Positions 1 to 10,094 of a stretch of 64,000 bases of DNA are shown here, piece by piece; the stretch's first letter is position 1, and every line of letters begins with the position of its first letter. The stretch covers positions 5,964 through 69,963 of the forward strand of contig DATJJB010000467.1 of NCBI GenBank assembly GCA_035492655.1. Reading direction: 5' to 3'. The position numbers were made by a program, and so were the translations under genes. This DNA is from Kutzneria sp. GTDB taxonomy: Bacteria > Actinomycetota > Actinomycetes > Mycobacteriales > Pseudonocardiaceae. The notes below the pieces were generated by a model. It did not search any database. It was not told the DNA's origin and saw only the letters and a list, made by a program, of their open reading frames with translations.

Positions 1-145
1 GCCACCACGAACGTGTCCGGTGGGCCACCGGCGTTCCAGGTCACCTGGCATACGCCCGGAACAGGATCGGTCGGGCCCGAACGTCCAGCCCGACCGGTCC
101 GCCCGTGGCCGAATGCCCATACCCCGTTGTCTCCCATGCCGCTCG

Positions 146-1360
146 TCACCACCGCAGCGGACGTGGGAGCGCAGCCGGCGGCACGGTGGCCGGGCCCAAG
201 GGCTCCGTCAGCTCCAGCAGGCCGTACATCGCGCGACGTAACAGCTCGGCCGATCGACCCAGCCGGGAGCTGATCAGATCAGCGATCGACCTGTCCTCGA
301 AGGCCTTGCTGCGAAGGGCACGGTTGACCTGCGGCAGCAACGGCGTGTCGTCGCCAAGCCGTGGCGCCCGGGCCGCGACCGCGGCCGCCAGGCTGCCCTG
401 GCGCACCGCGAGATCGGGATAGGCAGCCAGGACCACCGGCGTGCCGAGTGCCGCCGCGTACTGGGTCGTCGAGCCCTGGTCGCCAATGACCAGGTCACTC
501 GCGATCATCGTCGCTTGCCAGCCCTGCGCCGGCGGGATGACCAGCAATCCCGCCCGCGTGCAGTCCGCCAGCCAGCTGGTGACCTGCCACCTGCTGTGCA
601 CGGCCCACGCGCTTGGGTGCAGTACCAGCGCGACGCGGAACTCCGCACTCGGCAGGATGTCGACCAATTTCTTGCACAACAGCGGATGCCGCCCGAAGAC
701 CGATTCGGTCGACCACGTGGAGCTGATCGTGATGAGGCGTTGCTCCGGCCTGACTCCCAAGGCTCGTCGATAGCTGTCTCGCTGGCGCTGGCTGGCGATC
801 AGGCGATCCATGCAGATGTCACCGGTGACCACCGCCTTGGGCAGGGCCTCGGGGCAGGATCGGCGCAACGCGGCCAACTCCTGGTCGTGAGTGAGGGCGA
901 TGACCGAAGGGATGAGGCGCCCGCGATGGGTGAGCGTCTCACGGGACAGCCCCATGTGCGGCCGTGCCGACACACCGCCGCTGCGGCTGTATCGCCGCGA
1001 CATCAGACTGGACGCTCCGTGCGGAACGATGAGCACCTTGCCCCGCAAGGGGGCGAGTTCCGCGTGACTCGCGGCGAGCACGAGATCGAAGCGGTGCTCG
1101 AGCGCCTGGCCCCACGGGATCGCCAGGCCGCCAAGACGGCGAACGAACTCGGTGGCGTCAGGCCAATGCCGAGCGTTGTCCGGCGTGCTGAACAACACCT
1201 GCACCCGATGGTCGGCTTCGAGGAGCGCCAGCAGCTCCAGCAGCCGAGTGCCGGCCGCCACCGTGGGCACGGTGACCAACACCTTGCGGCAATTCGCACG
1301 AGTGACCCTCAGATCGGCGTCCAGGCCGATGGGGCCATGGACCCAGCGGTCGATGGGCAT
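146..1360 (-). CDS. GT-B-fold glycosyltransferase-like / CDP-glycerol glycerophosphotransferase-like protein
   Basis: Start re-called at MPIDRW (ATG 1360, GGGAG upstream). HGA motif, xPHP-like LHP, and SDLVIGDQGSTTQYAAALGTPV resemble the C-terminal Rossmann domain of GT-B enzymes. Lies 10 bp downstream of a nucleotide-sugar dehydrogenase. Confidence 0.6.
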   Translation of the reverse strand: MPIDRWVHGPIGLDADLRVTRANCRKVLVTVPTVAAGTRLLELLALLEADHRVQVLFSTPDNARHWPDATEFVRRLGGLAIPWGQALEHRFDLVLAASHAELAPLRGKVLIVPHGASSLMSRRYSRSGGVSARPHMGLSRETLTHRGRLIPSVIALTHDQELAALRRSCPEALPKAVVTGDICMDRLIASQRQRDSYRRALGVRPEQRLITISSTWSTESVFGRHPLLCKKLVDILPSAEFRVALVLHPSAWAVHSRWQVTSWLADCTRAGLLVIPPAQGWQATMIASDLVIGDQGSTTQYAAALGTPVVLAAYPDLAVRQGSLAAAVAARAPRLGDDTPLLPQVNRALRSKAFEDRSIADLISSRLGRSAELLRRAMYGLLELTEPLGPATVPPAALPRPLRW

Positions 1361-1370
1361 CGCATCTCCC

Positions 1371-2660
1371 TCAGCACGCCACGGCGGTGATGTCGGCCGG
1401 GGGAGGGGTGAGCAGACGCGGGAGACCGTCGGCACAGTCCACCACCGGTGCATGGCCACGGATGAGCACGTCCAGGTTCATGGCCTTGTGCCGGACCAAC
1501 ACCACGACGAGGTCCGCGCTGCCCGGCCGGAGTGGCCGGCTGCGCATCGTCGTTCCGTCACGCAGGACGAGCCGGGGCACATGGGGATCGTGATAGCCCA
1601 CCTTGGTGCGGCGCCCCAGCAGCTCGAGGACTTTGACCGCCGCCGACTGCCTGACGTTGGGCACGTCCGGTTTGTACGTCACGCCAACGACCAGCACGCG
1701 GCATTCGCTCGTCGGTCGGAAGCCATGTGCGGACAGCAACTCATCGAGGCGGCGAACCGTCTGAGCCGGCATCGAGTTGTTTCGGGCGATGGCCGACTCG
1801 ACCAGTCGTGCCGCCACGCCACGGCGCCGCGCCGCCGATGCGAAGAATCCGGCGCAGACCGGCACACAGTCGCCGCCGGCGCCGGCGCTCGGTGCGTGGC
1901 GAAGAAAGCCGAAGGGCTTGCTCGCTGCCGCGTCGAGGACCTCCTCGACGGCGGCGCCGCTGGCCTGGCACAGTGCCGCCAACTCGTTGACGAGCGAGAT
2001 GTTGACCAGTCTGAAAACGTTTTCGAAGATCTTGACGAGCTCGGCGGTCTGGATGCTGCTGACCGTGACGACTCGGTCGGCCAGTTGGCGTAGGAACCGT
2101 GCGGCGAGTTCTGTGCACTGTGGAGTGGCACCGCCGACGATGCGCGGGATCGTCCGCAGTGTCGCCGACGCTATGCCAGGGTCGATGCGTACCGGCGAGT
2201 GCGCGAGATGGAAGTCGCGGCCGACTCGCAGTCCGGATCCCTGCGCCAGGTCAACGGCGACCACCTCGTCGACCACGCCAGGCGGGCAGCTGCTCTGCAC
2301 CACGACCAGATCACCGGCGCGAAGGCTGGACGCGACATGACGCGCGGCGTCGCGCAACGGGACCAGGTTGGCGCCGTGGCTTTCTCCCGGTGGCGTGGGC
2401 ACACAGAGGACATGGATGTCGGCGGCCGGCAACGTGTGCGCGTTCGTCTGCACGTGCAGGCGACCGGTCGCCAGGACCTCTCGCAATTCTCGATCGGACA
2501 CCGTCGTCAGCTCCCCGCCGACGCTGCCGCTGGCGATCGCGGCCACCCTTCCTGGCGAGCTGTCCACGCCCACCACTTCGCAGCCGGCCCTGGCCGCGTC
2601 GATGGCCATCGGCAGCCCGGTGAACCCAAGGCCGGTGATTGTCACTGTGAATGCCTTCAT
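1371..2660 (-). CDS. UDP-glucose/GDP-mannose family nucleotide-sugar dehydrogenase
   Basis: Motifs GLGFTGLP (NAD binding), CVPTP, SPVRIDPG, AELVKIFENVFRLVNISLVNE, GAGGDCVP (catalytic Cys) and GVTYKPDV. Start re-called at MKAF (2660). Confidence 0.92.
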   Translation of the reverse strand: MKAFTVTITGLGFTGLPMAIDAARAGCEVVGVDSSPGRVAAIASGSVGGELTTVSDRELREVLATGRLHVQTNAHTLPAADIHVLCVPTPPGESHGANLVPLRDAARHVASSLRAGDLVVVQSSCPPGVVDEVVAVDLAQGSGLRVGRDFHLAHSPVRIDPGIASATLRTIPRIVGGATPQCTELAARFLRQLADRVVTVSSIQTAELVKIFENVFRLVNISLVNELAALCQASGAAVEEVLDAAASKPFGFLRHAPSAGAGGDCVPVCAGFFASAARRRGVAARLVESAIARNNSMPAQTVRRLDELLSAHGFRPTSECRVLVVGVTYKPDVPNVRQSAAVKVLELLGRRTKVGYHDPHVPRLVLRDGTTMRSRPLRPGSADLVVVLVRHKAMNLDVLIRGHAPVVDCADGLPRLLTPPPADITAVAC

Positions 2661-3058
2661 CAGAACCCCCTTGCCACTCCCCGTCGGCTTCTCTCGAACC
2701 CGTTCGGCAAGAGTGCGAGGCTGATCTGGTCGTACGCCTGACACGGCCGGACGAGATACCTGAAACCGCAGCTCAGCCTGTCCTTCTCGACCGGCTCGCC
2801 CGTGACGGTCGGTTGGCGGTGTCCAGTAGTTGGCCATTTCCGGCGAGGAGTCGTGGGGGTGTCGGGTCAAACATCTGTCACTCGGCGGGCGACCAGTGCA
2901 GGCCGATGTAATCGGCCACATGTTCTAGTGCGAGGTCACAGCGTCATCACTGTCGTTGCCTTCGCTTGATCTGTCGGCGAAAGCGGGCGACACTAGGAAC
3001 GCAGCGCGGTGGTGGTCGGAATGGCCGTCCACGGCACGGTCCAGCGAAGGGGACGCTG

Positions 3059-6000
3059 GTGGAACCTCAGTTCACGATCTTGGGCAACACCGGCATTCGT
3101 GTGGATGGCGAGGTCCGCACCCAGCTTGGCCACACCAAGCTCAGGGGGATTCTCGGGGTGTTGCTGCTCAAGGCGGGCGAGTTCGTCCCCATCGATGATC
3201 TTGTCGAATGGGTGTGGCCGGACGGAAAGCTTCCGCAAGACCGCGCCTCCACCTGTTACACCTATATCAAGCGGATACGTGAGGTACTCAAGGCGGCCGG
3301 CCTTGCCAACCGGATCGACACCGACGACGGCGCCTACCGTATTCGGGTCGATCGCCGGGAGATAGATTTCTTCGTGTTCCGCGAGGTGGTCGAACGCGCG
3401 CGCGTCATAGGGCAGCGAGGTGATAGTGCGCAAGCCTGCAGGGAGATCGAGGAGGCGCTTGAACTGTGGACGGCACGGCCACTGGCCGACGCGCAGGGAG
3501 AACGGGCGGCGCAATGGCGGATGTGGGCGCGGCAACACCACTGGGTTGATGCTTACGGTGCCCTCACCTATGGGCTGTTGGCGCTGGGAGAGTACCAGTC
3601 GGTGATACGGCGACTCGACGATCTTCCTGTTGAGTATCAGGCGAACCTCACCCTGGTCAAACGACGGCTGCAGGCTCTCCATGAGCAAGGGCGTCCCCGT
3701 GACCGCACGACCTATTACCTGAAGATGCGCAAGTTCTTCCGAATCGAACTCGACCAGGACGAGGCGGACGACCTCACCCGCTTCTATGACGCACTACTCA
3801 AACGCGAGCTCGGCGTTCGGGCCGGCCGAGGCCCTGGGTCGGAGGCGCGGCGCGAGGTGGCGCCACACGCGCCACGCCTGCTGCCGCACGACATCGCCGA
3901 CTTCACCGGTCGCGAGAACCTGCTCGAGGAGCTCGACTCGCTCACGACGTCGCCGACCGGCGAGGGGCTGGCCAGGCTGGTGGTGCTGGAGGGAGCACCC
4001 GGCGTTGGCAAGACGGCCATTGCGACGCATTGGGCGCACCGGGCGGCCAGCAGGTTTCCGGGCGGCCAGCTGTACATCGACCTGCAGGGCTTCGCCGACG
4101 GGCCGAGGGTCGAACCGGCCGAGATCGTGGACCGTATCCTTACTGCCTTTGATTTTCCGCTTGAGCGGGTGCCGGCCGGTGTCGCCCGATTTTCGAAACT
4201 GGCCACTCTGCTGTCCGGTCGACGCGCGCTGATTATCCTGGACAATGCCGAGGAATCTCGGCATGTGCAGCCACTGCTCGACTATCTTTCTACCTGTATG
4301 GTGCTCGTCACCAGTCGTCAGCGGTTGAGCAGGCTCGCGCGGCGCGGTGCCTCTCTGGTGTTCGTTCCTTCGCTCGACCGTGACGAAAGCGTCGAATGGC
4401 TGAAGAAGCGTATCGGTGATCGGATTCACGCTGACGAGGATACTGTTCACGATATCGCGGCGCTGTGTGGCGGTAACTCGCTGTCGCTCTGTGTCGTGGC
4501 GGAGCATATTGTCGGTCACCCCGGCGTGCCGCTGGACGACTTTGTCGAAGAGTTGCGTGCCGAACATGCGCTGCTTGATCTCGGTGATGACGGGGATGGT
4601 CCGGACGCATCTATCCGGGCGAGTTTCTCATATTCGCTTCAGAAGCTCAGCGAACCCGAGCGTCGAATGTTTCGTCTACTGAGCGTGAATCCAAGCGCCG
4701 AGATCGGTCTCGCCGCGGCCGCGGCGGTGGCGGCCTCGGGCCAGGATTCCGCACGCCGAGCTCTCGACGGGCTCCTGCATGCGCATCTGGTGTTCCAAGG
4801 GGAATCTCGTGACAGGTATCGAATGCACGATCTGCTGCGTCAGTACGCTGCGACGCTGATGTCTTCTCCTGAGTGCGAGGACGAACGTCGGGCGGCTGAA
4901 GAACGTGTGCTGAGCTTTTATCTGCACAGTGCAAGCAATGCGGATCGCACGATCTTTCCGCATCGCAGATTGGTGCCGCTCGAGCCCTTGGCCGCGGGTG
5001 TTGAAGCAGTGCGATTTCCCGATGACGGCAGTGCGATGAACTGGTTCGTGAAAGAGCGTGCCGGACTCGGCCTGCTTGTGCATTTCGCGGCCGAGTGTGG
5101 ATATGACGAATACGTAGTCAAGCTGTCCAGCTGTATCGAGGCCTATCAGAGGCTGGGCAATTTTGGGGACGTCCTTGATTTTCTTGGTTTGGCCCTGCGG
5201 GCGGCGAGGTCGTCCAACGATAGCTTGGGGGAGGCTTACTCGCTGAACAACATGGGATTTATGTGTCTCAATCAGCGCCGCTTCGACCTCGCCGAATCTT
5301 ATTTGCGCGATGCGGTGCGGAAGTTCGGTGAGGTTGGCATGCCGGAAGGCGTTGCCGGCGCCGGTTTCAACATGGGTCGTGTCCTGGTCGAACGTGGTGA
5401 CGTCAGGCAAGGTATCGAACATCATCTCGCCGCATTGGCCACTTTTCGTGATATCGGCGCGCAAGGGCCGGAGGTCATGTCCCTCTACCGGTTGGGCGAG
5501 GCGCACCGCATTGCCCACAACCTGGATGCGGCGATCTCGTTCCTGCGGGACGCGCTGTGGCTGGCCGACAGGCTCGACGATCGGCGCAGCCTGGCATTCA
5601 GTCTGGCCGAGCTCGGCGCCGTATACGCGGAACAGGGCGACCTCGGCGCGGCCGCGGGATACGGGCGACGCGCGCTCGACATCAGCGAATCGCTGGGTGA
5701 CACCCCGTTGGCGGCCAAGGCTGGTGTGGTCCTCGCCCGGATAGCGCGTGATGAGCGTTCCTTCGAGGATGCGGCGCGGTACGCGCGATGGGCGGCCGAG
5801 TTGTACGCGCAGATCCGGGATGTGCGGGGTGAGGCGCTGAGCTGCGACGTGCTGGCCAGTGCCCAGTACGCGTTGGGTGAGCGGGACGAGGCGACGCATG
5901 CCTGGCATCGGGCGATCGTGATGCTCGAGGATCTCGGTGATCCGTTGGCCGAGACCGTTCGCTTGCGGCTGGCCGACGCCGTCGCGTCGCTACCGGTCGG

Positions 6001-6082
6001 GCCACCGGTCCAGGGGAGGGTCGAGCCTACCGGGATGGTGCTGCCCCGCTTTGCCGGCGAGCGCTCGCCGGACGGCCTCTGA
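3059..6082 (+). CDS. AfsR/SARP-family regulator (wHTH-BTAD + NB-ARC + TPR)
   Basis: N-terminal FTILG wHTH, BTAD (ALELW), LPHDIADFTGR, Walker A GAPGVGKT, Walker B LIILDNA, LVTSR, MHDL and C-terminal TPRs. GTG start at 3059 follows GAAGGGG. Confidence 0.92.
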   Translation: MEPQFTILGNTGIRVDGEVRTQLGHTKLRGILGVLLLKAGEFVPIDDLVEWVWPDGKLPQDRASTCYTYIKRIREVLKAAGLANRIDTDDGAYRIRVDRREIDFFVFREVVERARVIGQRGDSAQACREIEEALELWTARPLADAQGERAAQWRMWARQHHWVDAYGALTYGLLALGEYQSVIRRLDDLPVEYQANLTLVKRRLQALHEQGRPRDRTTYYLKMRKFFRIELDQDEADDLTRFYDALLKRELGVRAGRGPGSEARREVAPHAPRLLPHDIADFTGRENLLEELDSLTTSPTGEGLARLVVLEGAPGVGKTAIATHWAHRAASRFPGGQLYIDLQGFADGPRVEPAEIVDRILTAFDFPLERVPAGVARFSKLATLLSGRRALIILDNAEESRHVQPLLDYLSTCMVLVTSRQRLSRLARRGASLVFVPSLDRDESVEWLKKRIGDRIHADEDTVHDIAALCGGNSLSLCVVAEHIVGHPGVPLDDFVEELRAEHALLDLGDDGDGPDASIRASFSYSLQKLSEPERRMFRLLSVNPSAEIGLAAAAAVAASGQDSARRALDGLLHAHLVFQGESRDRYRMHDLLRQYAATLMSSPECEDERRAAEERVLSFYLHSASNADRTIFPHRRLVPLEPLAAGVEAVRFPDDGSAMNWFVKERAGLGLLVHFAAECGYDEYVVKLSSCIEAYQRLGNFGDVLDFLGLALRAARSSNDSLGEAYSLNNMGFMCLNQRRFDLAESYLRDAVRKFGEVGMPEGVAGAGFNMGRVLVERGDVRQGIEHHLAALATFRDIGAQGPEVMSLYRLGEAHRIAHNLDAAISFLRDALWLADRLDDRRSLAFSLAELGAVYAEQGDLGAAAGYGRRALDISESLGDTPLAAKAGVVLARIARDERSFEDAARYARWAAELYAQIRDVRGEALSCDVLASAQYALGERDEATHAWHRAIVMLEDLGDPLAETVRLRLADAVASLPVGPPVQGRVEPTGMVLPRFAGERSPDGL

Positions 6083-6115
6083 TCGCTCTGGCTGGGTGTT
6101 TTCAGGCCGGGCCGA

Positions 6116-6161
6116 GGGGCGGCCCCGCCGCCACATCTTGCGATGGCGGCGGGGCGCCCTT
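6116..6161. terminator. Bidirectional hairpin between the SARP gene and the convergent small ORF
   Basis: 12-bp perfect stem GCCCCGCCGCCA (6122-6133) / TGGCGGCGGGGC (6144-6155), extendable with a bulge. Confidence 0.7.
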
Positions 6162-6225
6162 ATGCCGCAGGGCAGACATGACCGGCTGGTCGTGAGTTCT
6201 TGCAGGGCACCGTTGCCAGCCGATT

Positions 6226-6486
6226 TCAGGCTACCTCTGCGACCTCCTTGTCCTGATCGGCAGGCGTCGTTCCGGACGGTGGGGCGGCGTTATCGCCCAT
6301 TCTTTCCATCCAGATCATGGTGCATGGTTGTGCATTCACCGAGGCGTGGTTGACAACGACCTCGGCGACGTAAGGCTGCGTGGTGACCGGGGCGGCCGTA
6401 TTGCTGTTATCGGCCAGCCCAAGCCAAGTGATGGCGGCAGGCACAGCGAGCATCGCTGCGCCGACAAACCGCGTGGTGATGGGGAT
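6226..6486 (-). CDS. Small secreted-like peptide (75 aa from ATG 6453, or 86 aa from a non-canonical ATC at 6486)
   Basis: GGAGG lies 6 nt before an in-frame ATC. Signal-like N-terminus PITTRFVGAAMLAVPAAITWLGLA. Terminator hairpin downstream. Confidence 0.45.
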   Translation of the reverse strand: MPITTRFVGAAMLAVPAAITWLGLADNSNTAAPVTTQPYVAEVVVNHASVNAQPCTMIWMERMGDNAAPPSGTTPADQDKEVAEVA

Positions 6487-6872
6487 CTTATTCCTCCGTC
6501 TTTAGGGCGCACTGAACGCGCGAGCCATGTCTACTGCCTTGGTGGACGCGCGTCAAGTGTTTGATCTTGGTCGCTTGGTGGACGAGTGGCGACGGGCGAG
6601 GCGTGAAACGTGTCTCCGGACCGTTGGTAACGGTCGTGTTCTGCGCTTTCGGTCGTAGCGCGAGGCGCATTGCTTGGTCGACCAACCAAGCCGGCACAGT
6701 GTCGATTACTGACGGAAAGGTGTTATGTCTTCACTGTGATCGACAAGGGGGCGTGGAACTCCGGGGCCAGGGGAAGCCCTCGATCGACTTCGCGGCCGAT
6801 GCCCGCACCAGAGCCGCGGACCCGAGGTTGATTCGACGTGGTGTCGGGGTCTTTCTCGCCGCTCGCCGGGCG

Positions 6873-7010
6873 TCAGTCGAGTCCCGGCGGAAGCGCGGTT
6901 GCCGCGTTGCGCCGAACGCGCCTGAGTCGAGCCTCATCGAGGCTGCGGGAGGTGCGCAGGTCTGTGCCCCCGAGGTCGATACCGGTGAGCACGGCGTCGG
7001 CGAACGGCCG
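6873..7010 (-). pseudogene. Remnant of a pentapeptide-repeat protein C-terminus
   Basis: FADAVLTGIDLGGTDLRTSRSLDEARLRRVRRNAATALPPGLD resembles A(D/N)Lxx repeats plus the usual xxTxLPxGL tail. No upstream body. Confidence 0.45.
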
Positions 7011-7145
7011 AGGAATTCGCCACCGCGGTCGAGCTGGCCCGGCTGAGTGCGTCATATGACGCAGAACTGGCGGCGGAAGGGTGGCACGGTGGCCTCGCGG
7101 GGGAACCCGGGCCAGTCAGTCCACTATGGACGGAAGGCGGTTGGT

Positions 7146-7164
7146 CACATGTTGGCAACATGTG
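7146..7164. promoter_or_regulatory. Perfect palindrome, candidate operator of the VMAP operon
   Basis: CACATGTTG-G-CAACATGTG, ending 77 bp before the start at 7242. Confidence 0.55.
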
Positions 7165-7241
7165 CGGCCGGAGGCTAACCCGGCCGCGGTGGCGTCGGAT
7201 GCACTGACGGTCGGGGTGGCGGTCCGTGGGAGGGACCTCTG

Positions 7242-8966
7242 GTGCTCGGGTACGCAGAGGCACAGCATCGGACGGTCGTCATCGTGGACGTCGCGGGCTT
7301 CACCGCGGCCAACCGCAGGGGCGTGCACCAGGTCGAGATCCACAAACGGCTGGTGGAACTGCTGACCGCGGCCTTCGATGACGCCGGGATCCCGTGGCAG
7401 GACTGCGATGTGGAGGACCGGGGCGACGGCAAGCTCATCCTCGCGCCCCGGGACGTGTTCAACATCAGGCTGGTCGACCAGCTGTGGAGCCGGCTGCTGG
7501 CGGAACTGCGCCGCTACAACGCCTTGCACTCGGCGGGCGCGGTGATGCAGCTGCGCGTCGCGGTGCACGCCGGCGAGGTGTGGCGCGGCCCGGCCGGCGA
7601 GGTCAGTCCGGCGATCAACCTGACGGCCCGCATCATCGAGGCGGCGCCGGCGAAGGACGTGCTCAAGGCGACCGGCGCGGTGCTGGCCATGATCGCCTCG
7701 GATGCCTTCTACCGCGACGTCATCGAACCCGACCCGGCCGCCGCGCCGGACCTGTTCCGGCGGATTCCGGTCGAGGTCAAGCAGACGCAGACGCACGCAT
7801 GGCTCCGGGTGTCGGAGTTGCCATCGCCGTCGGCCGTGCAGCCGCAGCTCGAACTCGAGGAATTGGCCCCGCTGCTGGACGGCGTGTCCGTGCCGCACCT
7901 GCCGGTGCTGGTGGGGCGGGCGAGTGGCCCGGGCGTGCCACCGGCGCCCCCTGGTTCGGACGCCTGGGCATCCGTGTGCCACCTGGCCGAATTCAATGCG
8001 GGAGCGGACGGAGTGCCGCCCGCGTTGGTCTTCCTCGACCTGCTGGCCGGCATGGTGGACCGGGAGCGCGGGGAGCAGTTGGCCCGCTGGATCGAGGACC
8101 AGGCCCGCCGGCTGGGCCTCGAGGCCGAGCTGGGCAACCGGCCGGCTGCCCGCAAACGGCTGCCCGACAGCGAATCCCGGTTACACCTGCTGATCGCCGT
8201 GCAGCCCGACGGCGTGAGCCGGGACCAGGTCCTGGTTTCCCATTGGCGGCAGGACGATCCGGACGTCTGGCCGCCGGCCTGCGGCGAGCCGACGACGGTC
8301 GCGGTCGACCAGCTCGAACAGCACGTCGACGATCTCGTGGTCGGCGCGGAGATCGCGTGGGAGCGGCACGACGGCCCGGTGACGGTCGAGCTGCTGCTGC
8401 CCCGCGCACTGCTGAACCTGCCGGTGCACGCGTGGCAGAAGGAGCACCGGTCGGGTGATCCGCGGCCGTTGTCGCTGGACTACCCGGTGGTGGTCCGGTC
8501 ACTCGAAAGGATGATGTCGAAGCAGTGGCACCGGGCCTGGAAGACGCGCTGGAGCGCCTTCGTGGCCGACCCGGCCGGCGGACGGGTGCATGTGGCCCAG
8601 CCACCGGATCCGGACCGGCCGCACCTGTTGGGCGCGGCGCTGCAGGACGACCCGGCGGTCGTCACGGTCGTGTTGACCGGGCCGCCGCCGGCGTCGCCGG
8701 ACCGTGGTGACGAGCTGCTCGCGGCGCTACGTTCGGGCCTGCCAGGAGTCCTTTGGCACCGAGACGGCGCCGATCCGAAAACTGTCGGGGACCTGGTATC
8801 CGGACTCATCGAGGACGGCGGTTTGATGGCTCTTCCTGAGAATGCACACAAAGCGAGAAGACGTGGCCACCAATCGACGAATGTGCTTTACACTGCCCTT
8901 GAGGATGTGGTGCTGCTATGGGATGACCCCGGCCGTGTGATCCATTTCGACCAGTGGGCGGGTTGA
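7242..8966 (+). CDS. VMAP protein: class III nucleotidyl cyclase-like N-domain + VMAP middle domain + VMAP-C
   Basis: Cyclase motifs VDVAGF, DRGDG, LRVAVHAGEV and AINLTAR. VMAP-C motifs VELLLP..LLNLPV..W, YPVVVRS, G.PGVLWHR and LLWDDP. Directly upstream of MoxR and vWA genes. Confidence 0.82.
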   Translation: MLGYAEAQHRTVVIVDVAGFTAANRRGVHQVEIHKRLVELLTAAFDDAGIPWQDCDVEDRGDGKLILAPRDVFNIRLVDQLWSRLLAELRRYNALHSAGAVMQLRVAVHAGEVWRGPAGEVSPAINLTARIIEAAPAKDVLKATGAVLAMIASDAFYRDVIEPDPAAAPDLFRRIPVEVKQTQTHAWLRVSELPSPSAVQPQLELEELAPLLDGVSVPHLPVLVGRASGPGVPPAPPGSDAWASVCHLAEFNAGADGVPPALVFLDLLAGMVDRERGEQLARWIEDQARRLGLEAELGNRPAARKRLPDSESRLHLLIAVQPDGVSRDQVLVSHWRQDDPDVWPPACGEPTTVAVDQLEQHVDDLVVGAEIAWERHDGPVTVELLLPRALLNLPVHAWQKEHRSGDPRPLSLDYPVVVRSLERMMSKQWHRAWKTRWSAFVADPAGGRVHVAQPPDPDRPHLLGAALQDDPAVVTVVLTGPPPASPDRGDELLAALRSGLPGVLWHRDGADPKTVGDLVSGLIEDGGLMALPENAHKARRRGHQSTNVLYTALEDVVLLWDDPGRVIHFDQWAG

Positions 8967-8989
8967 TCGCGGGTGGAGAGGTGATCCGA

Positions 8990-10093
8990 ATGGGTGACCA
9001 GGAGTATTCCGACGCAGTCGCCGCGGGTAATCACAGCCCGCGATTCACTACGCCGGACTGGTGGATTTATCGGGGCGTTGGGCGACCCTGGCACGACGTT
9101 AGACCGATCGACCTACTGCCGCCCCCGCCGCCGTGGCGGACCTTCGCCGGCGGCCCGCTGCCGGCCTCCGACACGCCGCCGGCCGACGATGACGGGGAGG
9201 AGGCGCGTCGCCTCGGCGTCGAGCTGCACCTGTCCGAGCGGGACGTCGACCCGCGCGAGGTCGATGCCGTGAACGCCGCGCTGTACCTGCGCCGGCCACT
9301 GATCGTGACCGGCCGGCCGGGCACCGGGAAGTCCACCCTGGCCTTCCGGATCGCCCGCGAGCTCGGGCTGGGCCGGGTGCTGCAGTGGTCGATCTCGAGC
9401 CGCACCACGTTGCGGTCCGGGCTCTACGAGTACGACCCGATCGGCCGGGTGCAGGCCGCCGCGGCCGGACAGGCCGCGGCAAGGGGAACCGATGACGCTC
9501 CCGAGGAACCGCCGATCGGGGACTTCGTGCGGTTGGGCCCATTGGGCACAGCATTCCTGCCGAGCGTGGCGCCGAGGGTGCTGCTGATCGACGAGTTCGA
9601 CAAGAGCGAGGTCGATCTGCCCAACGATCTTCTCGGCATTTTCGAGAACGGGCAGTTTTCGATTCCGGAATTGGCGCGCGTCCAGCACAGAACGCCCGAG
9701 GTCAGCGTGTTCACCGATGATCCGGACCGGCGGGCCGTGATCCACGGCGGCCGGGTGCAGTGCCGCGAATTCCCGGTGGTCGTCATCACGAGCAACGGCG
9801 AACGGGATTTTCCGGAGGCCTTCCTCCGGCGCTGCCTGCAGCTGCGGCTGGCCGAGCCCGGCATCGACCAGCTCACCGCGATGGTCGCCGCGCATCTGCG
9901 GGCCGGTGACGACGAGCGGCGCGCGACGCTGATCCAGGAGTTCGTTGACCGCAGCGCGGCGGCCGGCGGGCTGCCGGCCAACAAGTTGCTCGACGCGGTG
10001 TTCCTGGCCACCTCCGGCGCCTACGACGAGCAGGACGAATCCTGGCCACGGCTGCTGGACGCGCTGTGGCGGCGACTGATCTCGGTGTCGTGA
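8990..10093 (+). CDS. MoxR-type AAA+ ATPase of the VMAP ternary system
   Basis: Motifs WWIY, PPPPWR, NAALYLRRPLIVTGRPGTGKS, LGPLGTA, LLIDEFDKS and TSNGERDFPEAFLRRC. Confidence 0.93.
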   Translation: MGDQEYSDAVAAGNHSPRFTTPDWWIYRGVGRPWHDVRPIDLLPPPPPWRTFAGGPLPASDTPPADDDGEEARRLGVELHLSERDVDPREVDAVNAALYLRRPLIVTGRPGTGKSTLAFRIARELGLGRVLQWSISSRTTLRSGLYEYDPIGRVQAAAAGQAAARGTDDAPEEPPIGDFVRLGPLGTAFLPSVAPRVLLIDEFDKSEVDLPNDLLGIFENGQFSIPELARVQHRTPEVSVFTDDPDRRAVIHGGRVQCREFPVVVITSNGERDFPEAFLRRCLQLRLAEPGIDQLTAMVAAHLRAGDDERRATLIQEFVDRSAAAGGLPANKLLDAVFLATSGAYDEQDESWPRLLDALWRRLISVS

Positions 10094-10094
10094 G

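Noticed and set aside
1-137. Possible start of a further minus-strand gene (MGDNGVW...)
   Set aside because: It is too short and truncated by the window edge to support a call.
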